A DNA stretch of 4,666 nt from a virus (Duplodnaviria > Heunggongvirae > Uroviricota > Caudoviricetes): the IMG/VR virus record IMGVR_UViG_2698536369_000003, one strand, 5' to 3'. A model generated the notes under the pieces. It ran no database searches. It saw only the letters and a list, made by a program, of their open reading frames with translations, and was not told the DNA's origin. The position numbers and the translations under genes are program-made. Below are positions 1-4,666 of the stretch, piece after piece; the stretch's first letter is position 1, and each line of letters opens with the position of its first letter.

Positions 1-390
1 AATCGCACCGAGCGTGGTGTCATGCCAGGAGCCTTCACGGCGGGAATTGAGCGTCCCGCGAAAATCTGCACTCCGGGCGCGGATGGTGACCACATCCGGC
101 GCGCCCCGGTGTTCGATCTCATCAACGGTAAATTTCCCTTTGCATACCAGGGCAAAACCTTTCCAGCCGATATACACCGTCAGGACAGCGCCACGAACCG
201 GCAGCCCGACCTGCCCGTCGGCATCATTCAGTTCAATATCAAGCTGGTCAGCCTCAAAGCCCCGGTTATCCGTCAGGGTCATGCTCATCAGACGGTCGCT
301 GATATTGCCGGTAATATCCCTGCTGTCGAGCATCAGCATATAATCCGGCGTCAGCGTACTGCCTGCATCAAATGTCAGCGCATCCAGCAT
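1..390 (-). CDS. D: Phage tail protein D (P2 gpD-like), N-terminal 130 codons only; the C-terminus lies beyond the window start
   Basis: Not in the ORF track because no stop is reached. Manual minus-strand translation from ATG at 390-388 gives MLDALTFDAGSTLTPDYMLMLDSRDITGNISDRLMSMTLTDNRGFEADQLDIELNDADGQVGLPVRGAVLTVYIGWKGFALVCKGKFTVDEIEHRGAPDVVTIRARSADFRGTLNSRREGSWHDTTLGAI, open to position 1. The start overlaps the U stop (TAATG, plus 388-392). Position directly after U matches the P2 order. G-rich Shine-Dalgarno-like run (GGGGGCGGGAT) precedes the ATG. Confidence 0.82.
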   Translation of the reverse strand, partial: MLDALTFDAGSTLTPDYMLMLDSRDITGNISDRLMSMTLTDNRGFEADQLDIELNDADGQVGLPVRGAVLTVYIGWKGFALVCKGKFTVDEIEHRGAPDVVTIRARSADFRGTLNSRREGSWHDTTLGAI

Positions 391-869
391 TATCCCGCCC
401 CCGTCATACCCGTGAATCTGGTCGCCACACTGCCAGCCTTACCGATGAGCGATTCCGCCTGTTTACCGATATCGCCATAAAGCGCGGCCAGTGATTCATC
501 CACGCGGGTGAGCGACAGCGTAAAATCAATTTTCCGGGGTGTGCCGTCTGCAAAGAAAATACTCCCTGTTTCACTCACCCTGCTGATGACATACATGCCG
601 TAAATCATGCCGGTGCCATCCAGCAACGGCCACGCCCGGCCTTCCTCTGCCATCAGTCTGAGCGTGGTCATCGTCAGCTTTCCGCCAGTCAGTTCGGGAT
701 AAAGCACACCGGCAAGTGTGATGTTCTCCTCACCCACACCGAGAAACTGAAAGGCATCCCGTTTGCCGATACGGGAATTTGACGGCCAGCGATAATCTGA
801 TTCACGCTGCATGGTCTGGTGTGGCAGCGTCTGGCGCATAAAAACAAACATACCTAACGCGAGCATCAT
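390..869 (-). CDS. U: Phage tail protein U (P2 gpU-like), 159 aa
   Basis: ORF of 159 aa, the same length as P2 gpU as I recall it. It sits between the tape measure gene and D as in P2. Strong SD GGAGG (plus 879-883) lies 9 nt upstream of the ATG at 867-869. Confidence 0.85.
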   Translation of the reverse strand: MMLALGMFVFMRQTLPHQTMQRESDYRWPSNSRIGKRDAFQFLGVGEENITLAGVLYPELTGGKLTMTTLRLMAEEGRAWPLLDGTGMIYGMYVISRVSETGSIFFADGTPRKIDFTLSLTRVDESLAALYGDIGKQAESLIGKAGSVATRFTGMTGAG

Positions 870-878
870 TTTTCGTCA

Positions 879-883
879 CCTCC
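879..883 (-). promoter_or_regulatory. Shine-Dalgarno GGAGG for U
   Basis: Plus cctcc at 879-883, 9 nt upstream of the U ATG, within the 14-nt T-U intergenic spacer. Confidence 0.7.
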
Positions 884-3322
884 TTAACCGTCATGCATCA
901 TGCTGGCACGGGCGCGCGCACGTTTATCCCGCTCGTATTTTTCGAGCGCATCCTGTAACTGGCGGTCGAGCTGTGTCCCCGGTGCAGTACCACCCGTCAG
1001 GCTGATGTGATATTCGTTTTTACTCTGGTCCACATAAGAGCGGCCAGCCGGTGCCGTGACCGGCTGATAGCCTGCATAAGAGCTGGTCGCCGGAATATAA
1101 CCACCGCTGCCATACGTGGCGGCTTGAGTTCTGGCGGCGGTCTGGTCAAGTGCGTCAGACTCTTTGTTGATGACGCCGAGTTTTTCCAGTACCCAGTCAA
1201 TACCGCTGCGCAGTTTGTTGAACGCATTAAGCGGCAGCATCAGCGCGTCAGCCAGTGCCTGCCCGAACATGACGCCAGTATCACGGCAACGGTTCAGGGT
1301 GTCCTGGGTGGCTTTGACCGGGGCAATCAGGTTTTTAAACCACTGCCACGCGGCCTGTAACTTTTCGCCCAGCCAGTCAAACACCGGTTTCAGTGGCGTG
1401 AACAGCTCCCCCACCGGCGCAAATGCCGCTTTCAGCCCTTCAACCACACCGCCAAAGAATGCGCTGACAGGCTCCCAGTATTTACGGATAAGTAACGCCC
1501 CGGCGACAATTGCAGCCACCACGGCCACAACCGGCCAGCTAATCGCCCCGATGGCGGTCATAACAGCACTGCCAACCGTCGTGAAGACTGCCCCCATTGC
1601 GCCTGCTGCCGCGATGATGGCATTGATGCCGGTGATAACCGGCCAGGCTACGAGGCCAATGGCACCGATGATGCCAATAAGCGCCAGCGCGCCACCGGCA
1701 ATGAGGCCGATGGTTGACGCCAGTGATTTGTTTTTCTGGATCCAGCCGTCGAGTTTTAACACATACTTTGTGGCCGTCTGCGTGAGCTTACGCAGTGTGC
1801 CTTCCTGCTGGTCAAACAGGTCTGTCCCCACCGCCTCATAAGCGGACTGAAACTCCTTAAAGTCACCGCCGAGGTTATCCTGCATGATTTTAACCAGCTC
1901 TTCCGTTTTACCGTCCGAGGCTTTCAGCGTGGCGGTCAGCGTATCCAGTTTTCCGCTTGCTGCCGCTGCCAGTAAAACGTTCGCTGATTTCAGGGCTTCC
2001 TCACCAAAAATGGTTTTAAGGTATTCCCCCTTCTGAGACGTTCCCAGCTTGTGTTTATCAAAGCTGGCCTGAATCTCTTTCAGAATGGTGAACAACGGAC
2101 GCATATTTCCCTTTTTGTCCGAGGTTTTAACGCCAAGCTCTTTGAGTGCATCCCATGCTTTTCCAGTCGGTGCCTGTAATCGGGTGACAACGGCACTGCT
2201 ACCCGTACCCGCCATTGACCCCCTGATGTTATTGTCATGCAGCACACCTGTCATGGCCGCTGCCTGCTCAAGACTTACACCTGCCGTCCTCGCAACCGGC
2301 CCGAGGTAAGTCAGTGCATCACTGAGTCCCTGAAAATCAGCCGCCGACTTATTCATCGTTGCCGACAACACGTCGCCCACATGGCTGACATCATCATTTG
2401 ACAGTTGAAAGGATGCCTTAGTCCCCAGCAACAGTTGCGCGTTTTCTTCCATCGACCGCTGATTCGCCAGCGCCATATTCAGCGTGACCGGCGTTGCCGC
2501 CTGAATAGCCGCAGCATCTCCACCCGCTTTCGCAATGATAATCTGCGCACCGGCCGCATCATCCGCTGAGGCGGCGGTATTGTCACCGAGCTGGCGCGCC
2601 TGCTTGCGTAGTGCAGCCATTTCGGCGGAATCTTTTGCCACACCGAGCACGGCCTGCAATTCTGAGTTTTTCTGCGCAAACTCATAACCGGGCATCAGCA
2701 GCTTAACTCCGGCCATCGTTCCCGCCGCCGCAATCCCCACACCGGCAGCGCCCACCGAGGCCATATTTCCGGCCAGTTCCTTGCCTGCCTGATAACGCTG
2801 TTTGACTGCGTTAAGTTTTGCCTGTTGCGCACTGACACGCGCCAGCGCGTCGCGCTGACGGTTAAGCTGTGCGGTGGTTTCACTGATACGGTTTTTCAGT
2901 CCCTGCTCATCATGTGCAAGATTGCGGGTATTAATTCCCACAACGGCCAGTTCCCGCTGCTGGCGTTTAACGGAATCCGTCAGGCGGTTATATTTCGCCT
3001 GTAAGTCCTCCGCCGCACGCTTTGCGGATTCCAGCACTTTCGCCTGAGCACGGGTCGGACGTTCGGTGTTTTTAAACTGTGTGGCAAGGGCTTCGGCTTC
3101 CTGCCGAGCCTTTTCAAGTGCATGACCAGTCACGGCGAGCTGTGCACTGGTCTTGCGAAATCCCTCAATACGGGATGCCTGACCGTTCAGCTCGCGCAGT
3201 GATTTTTGTGTGTCCCGGATATCCCCCGACAGCGACTTACTCGCTGTACGGATGGATTTAAACGGGCGGGATGCCTGGTCAACAGCCCTGAGCAATACCT
3301 GTAATTTTACATTGTTACTCAT
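884..3322 (-). CDS. T: Phage tail tape measure protein (P2 gpT-like), 812 aa
   Basis: Largest ORF in the window. Residues 1-180 are Gln/Arg/Ala/Leu/Lys-rich and look like a long coiled coil. The centre is Ala/Gly-rich, with a roughly 80-residue hydrophobic Gly/Ala/Ile/Val block at residues 534-612. The C-terminal tail is basic. It lies immediately downstream of the E/E' chaperone pair and its ATG (3320-3322) overlaps the E' stop. Confidence 0.9.
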   Translation of the reverse strand: MSNNVKLQVLLRAVDQASRPFKSIRTASKSLSGDIRDTQKSLRELNGQASRIEGFRKTSAQLAVTGHALEKARQEAEALATQFKNTERPTRAQAKVLESAKRAAEDLQAKYNRLTDSVKRQQRELAVVGINTRNLAHDEQGLKNRISETTAQLNRQRDALARVSAQQAKLNAVKQRYQAGKELAGNMASVGAAGVGIAAAGTMAGVKLLMPGYEFAQKNSELQAVLGVAKDSAEMAALRKQARQLGDNTAASADDAAGAQIIIAKAGGDAAAIQAATPVTLNMALANQRSMEENAQLLLGTKASFQLSNDDVSHVGDVLSATMNKSAADFQGLSDALTYLGPVARTAGVSLEQAAAMTGVLHDNNIRGSMAGTGSSAVVTRLQAPTGKAWDALKELGVKTSDKKGNMRPLFTILKEIQASFDKHKLGTSQKGEYLKTIFGEEALKSANVLLAAAASGKLDTLTATLKASDGKTEELVKIMQDNLGGDFKEFQSAYEAVGTDLFDQQEGTLRKLTQTATKYVLKLDGWIQKNKSLASTIGLIAGGALALIGIIGAIGLVAWPVITGINAIIAAAGAMGAVFTTVGSAVMTAIGAISWPVVAVVAAIVAGALLIRKYWEPVSAFFGGVVEGLKAAFAPVGELFTPLKPVFDWLGEKLQAAWQWFKNLIAPVKATQDTLNRCRDTGVMFGQALADALMLPLNAFNKLRSGIDWVLEKLGVINKESDALDQTAARTQAATYGSGGYIPATSSYAGYQPVTAPAGRSYVDQSKNEYHISLTGGTAPGTQLDRQLQDALEKYERDKRARARASMMHDG

Positions 3323-3742
3323 TCGTGTTTCCGCTTCGCCGGAGCGCCTTTTCGCGCCATGTGATGAGTTCGGTCAGGCTCATGGGGTACAGTTCTGATG
3401 GCGGCCAGTGAAATATCACTGCCACATCCGCCATCAGATCATCGACCGACAGATTTTTCGGAAACGTCACTGCACCGAGTTCGGCGACAAAAAACCGACC
3501 ACCTTACCGGCCAGCGCCACAAGGTCAGGCAGTTCCAGCGCGGCGACTTCCTGCTCGGTCAGCATCGGTGCCGTCATGCGCGGCAGCACCTTAATCAGTG
3601 CATCGACTTCGGAGTTTGCAACCGCAGCCAGACTGACACCGCGCAGCGTCCCGGCATTGGGTTTCATCAGCGTGACCTGTTCGATAACCTGCTCACCACG
3701 TTTGACCGGATTTTCCAGGGTAATGACATTTTCTTTGTTCAT
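3315..3742 (-). CDS. E+E': Tail assembly chaperone E+E' fusion (about 142 aa), made by a programmed -1 ribosomal frameshift at TTTTTTG
   Basis: After a -1 slip at the T6G heptamer the frame reads GTC GCC GAA ... and stays open for 57 codons (VAELGAVTFPKNLSVDDLMADVAVIFHWPPSELYPMSLTELITWREKALRRSGNTNE) to TAA at 3315-3317. That gives about 85 + 57 = 142 aa, the size of the P2 E+E' product as I recall it. The E' stop overlaps the T start (ATGAGTAA). Confidence 0.75.
3394..3438 (-). other. Nested inverted repeat inside the E' extension: 11-bp outer stem enclosing a 6-bp inner palindrome
   Basis: Outer arms tctgatggcgg (3394-3404) and ccgccatcaga (3428-3438) are perfect reverse complements. Inner arms cagtga (3406-3411) and tcactg (3416-3421) flank a 4-nt loop, aata. 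Confidence 0.45.
3467..3742 (-). CDS. E: Tail assembly chaperone E (P2 gpE-like), 91 aa, zero-frame product
   Basis: 91-aa ORF directly upstream of the tape measure gene. It ends GFLSPNSVQ, encoded by GGT TTT TTG TCG CCG AAC TCG GTG CAG TGA, which contains the slippery heptamer. It has a weak SD, consistent with low expression. Confidence 0.85.
   Translation of the reverse strand: MNKENVITLENPVKRGEQVIEQVTLMKPNAGTLRGVSLAAVANSEVDALIKVLPRMTAPMLTEQEVAALELPDLVALAGKVVGFLSPNSVQ
3488..3494 (-). promoter_or_regulatory. Slippery heptamer T-TTT-TTG (minus strand), the -1 programmed frameshift site for E/E'
   Basis: Plus strand 3487-3495 is caaaaaacc, so the minus strand reads GGTTTTTTG in the E frame (Gly83-Phe84-Leu85). 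This is the conserved frameshift motif of tail chaperone genes upstream of tape measure genes. Confidence 0.75.
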
Positions 3743-3770
3743 GGTTTTCTCACTTCTGAATCAGGGTTAA

Positions 3771-3791
3771 CCGGTCAGCCAGGCTGACCGG
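3771..3791 (-). other. GC-rich perfect palindrome / RNA hairpin in the FII-E intergenic region (ccggtcagcc-a-ggctgaccgg)
   Basis: Plus 3771-3780 is the exact reverse complement of 3782-3791. It lies 8 nt downstream of the FII stop (TGA, 3799-3801) on the transcript and 28 nt upstream of the E ATG. What follows it on the minus strand is UUAACCCUGAUUC, which is not U-rich. Confidence 0.5.
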
Positions 3792-3798
3792 ATGAAAA

Positions 3799-4317
3799 TC
3801 ACAGGCCGATATTTCGGCGGTGTTGCTCCAGCCGGTCGACGCCGTTCACCTTCTCAATCATGTTGATGGTGTCGATTTCGACCAGCTCCTTACCGTCCAT
3901 CGTCAGCCGGAAATAGGTGCAGACCACGGAGATTTTCGACTCGGTGTCCTCTCCCTGTTTACCCTCGCCGGTGTCGATTTCTTTCTGACGTCCACGCATG
4001 ACCACTTCGACGGCCACCGTTTCGCCGGTATCGTCGCGCTGGTAAGAGCCTGCAAAACGAATCGGTACGGCATCCACACCGGTTGCGGCGTAAAGCTCCC
4101 AGATAACCGAATCCGGGAAGCCCCCGAGCGACCAATCCATTGACAGCGCATCGTCATCAAGGCCGAGGTCTACCGGTGCGCTGCCGTTCATCCCCGCACC
4201 GCGATAGTTTTCGAGCTTACGGGTCAGTTTTGGCAGCGTGACGGACTTCGCGACGCCCTGATAGCTGTAGCCGTTCAGAAAGACGTTCATTAACTTGAGT
4301 TTGCGCGGCATTGCCAT
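3799..4317 (-). CDS. FII: Major tail tube protein (P2 gpFII-like), 172 aa
   Basis: 172-aa ORF, the P2 FII length as I recall it, between the sheath and E genes. Strong SD AGGAG (plus 4326-4330) lies 8 nt upstream of the ATG at 4315-4317. Confidence 0.88.
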   Translation of the reverse strand: MAMPRKLKLMNVFLNGYSYQGVAKSVTLPKLTRKLENYRGAGMNGSAPVDLGLDDDALSMDWSLGGFPDSVIWELYAATGVDAVPIRFAGSYQRDDTGETVAVEVVMRGRQKEIDTGEGKQGEDTESKISVVCTYFRLTMDGKELVEIDTINMIEKVNGVDRLEQHRRNIGL

Positions 4318-4325
4318 CGGTCAGG

Positions 4326-4330
4326 CTCCT
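4326..4330 (-). promoter_or_regulatory. Shine-Dalgarno AGGAG for FII
   Basis: Plus ctcct at 4326-4330, 8 nt upstream of the FII ATG; it overlaps the FI stop codon. Confidence 0.7.
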
Positions 4331-4666
4331 TAATTGCTGTTAACCGAGGTGACCAGATTTGCCAGGTATTTATCGGTAATACGCTGGCGCAGGGTCAGGT
4401 TTTCAAGAGGAGGCACCGGGGTATAGTCGTAGTCGATATACAGTTTTCCGGCCTTGAGGGTTTCCGCATCGTTGGATTCTTCGCTGAACCAGCAAGTCGC
4501 ATCCACGATATAGCCGTTTGTTTTCAGCTCACGAAATTTGGCATTGATGCCGTCAACGATGTCGCGAATCAGCGTTGCAGTGATGGGCTTGTCCACCGCC
4601 CACATGTGCGCCTCAGCCATCGTGTCGGCCAGCACCTGCGCGGTGCGGGTGTAGTTTTCAAAGAGG
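4330..4666 (-). CDS. FI: Tail sheath protein (P2 gpFI-like), C-terminal fragment of about 111 codons; the N-terminus lies beyond the window end
   Basis: The minus-strand frame is open from the window edge (…[32 protein letters not shown]…VNSN) to TAA at 4330-4332. The ORF-track start at 4635 is an internal GTG, not the true start. Position immediately upstream of FII matches P2. Confidence 0.82.
   Translation of the reverse strand, partial: LFENYTRTAQVLADTMAEAHMWAVDKPITATLIRDIVDGINAKFRELKTNGYIVDATCWFSEESNDAETLKAGKLYIDYDYTPVPPLENLTLRQRITDKYLANLVTSVNSN

Noticed and set aside
14-480. Plus-strand ORFs 14-343 (109 aa) and 22-480 (152 aa)
   Set aside because: Both are antisense to the well-supported D and U coding frames and overlap each other in different frames. 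They are shadow ORFs.
811-1360. Small ORFs 811-1005 (+), 997-1227 (-) and 1007-1360 (+) around the T/U junction, considered as a possible embedded toxin-antitoxin-like pair
   Set aside because: All lie within or antisense to the 3' end of the tape measure gene in off-frames. They lack start contexts, and their Arg/Ala/Pro-rich compositions are typical of out-of-frame GC-rich translation.
1164-1841. 225-aa plus-strand ORF, rich in Ala/Ser/Pro/Thr, that could be mistaken for a secreted or low-complexity protein
   Set aside because: It lies entirely antisense to the tape measure gene and mirrors its Gly/Ala-rich hydrophobic block. It is low-complexity, has no convincing RBS, and there is no space for an independent gene in this compact operon. 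It is a shadow ORF from GC-rich coding sequence.
3394-3438. Interpreting the nested hairpin as the canonical stimulatory structure for the E/E' frameshift
   Set aside because: It begins about 50 nt 3' of the slippery heptamer, whereas stimulatory stem-loops or pseudoknots normally start 5-9 nt downstream. I kept it as an unexplained structure, not as a frameshift stimulator.
3398-3787. Plus-strand ORFs 3398-3787 (129 aa) and 3408-3770 (120 aa) opposite E/E'
   Set aside because: They are antisense to the E and E' reading frames. Their openness is explained by codon constraints of the sense genes, and no RBS or promoter context was seen.
3771-3791. Interpreting the FII-E palindrome as a strong Rho-independent terminator ending the operon
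   Set aside because: There is no U-rich tract after the stem, and the essential genes E, T, U and D downstream must be co-expressed. At most it is a partial attenuator or stability element, which is how it is reported in the findings.
3820-4160. ORFs 3820-4143 (+, 107 aa) and 3903-4160 (-, 85 aa) overlapping the tail tube gene
   Set aside because: They are alternative or antisense frames inside FII. FII is a full-length 172-aa protein with a strong SD, so the overlaps are spurious.
1-4666. Search for a CRISPR array, tRNA or rRNA, IS element or terminal inverted repeats, integrase or attachment site, or a defense or toxin system within the window
   Set aside because: I saw no direct-repeat/spacer periodicity, no tRNA-like cloverleaf candidates and no transposase-like ORFs. 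The minus-strand coding density is near-complete and fully explained by the six tail genes.

Overview
The window is a contiguous block of the tail-assembly operon of a P2-like (Peduovirus-type) myovirus prophage or P2-derived tailocin in a Gram-negative, probably enterobacterial, host. All genes are on the minus strand in the canonical order FI (sheath, partial) - FII (tube) - E / E+E' (frameshifted chaperone) - T (tape measure) - U - D (partial). Protein lengths (FII 172 aa, E 91 aa, E+E' about 142 aa, T 812 aa, U 159 aa) and gene order match my recollection of P2; I could not run a search, so assignments rest on that plus sequence features. Two things are missing from the ORF track: the E+E' fusion made by a -1 frameshift at a TTTTTTG heptamer, and the D gene, whose start overlaps the U stop and which runs off the window start. 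Unexplained structure comprises a 10-bp GC-rich palindrome between FII and E, and an 11-bp inverted repeat with a nested 6-bp palindrome inside the E' extension. All plus-strand ORFs are antisense shadows of these genes. I found no evidence of a novel system inside this window: it is a compact, conserved structural operon, and the known P2 accessory hotspots lie outside it.
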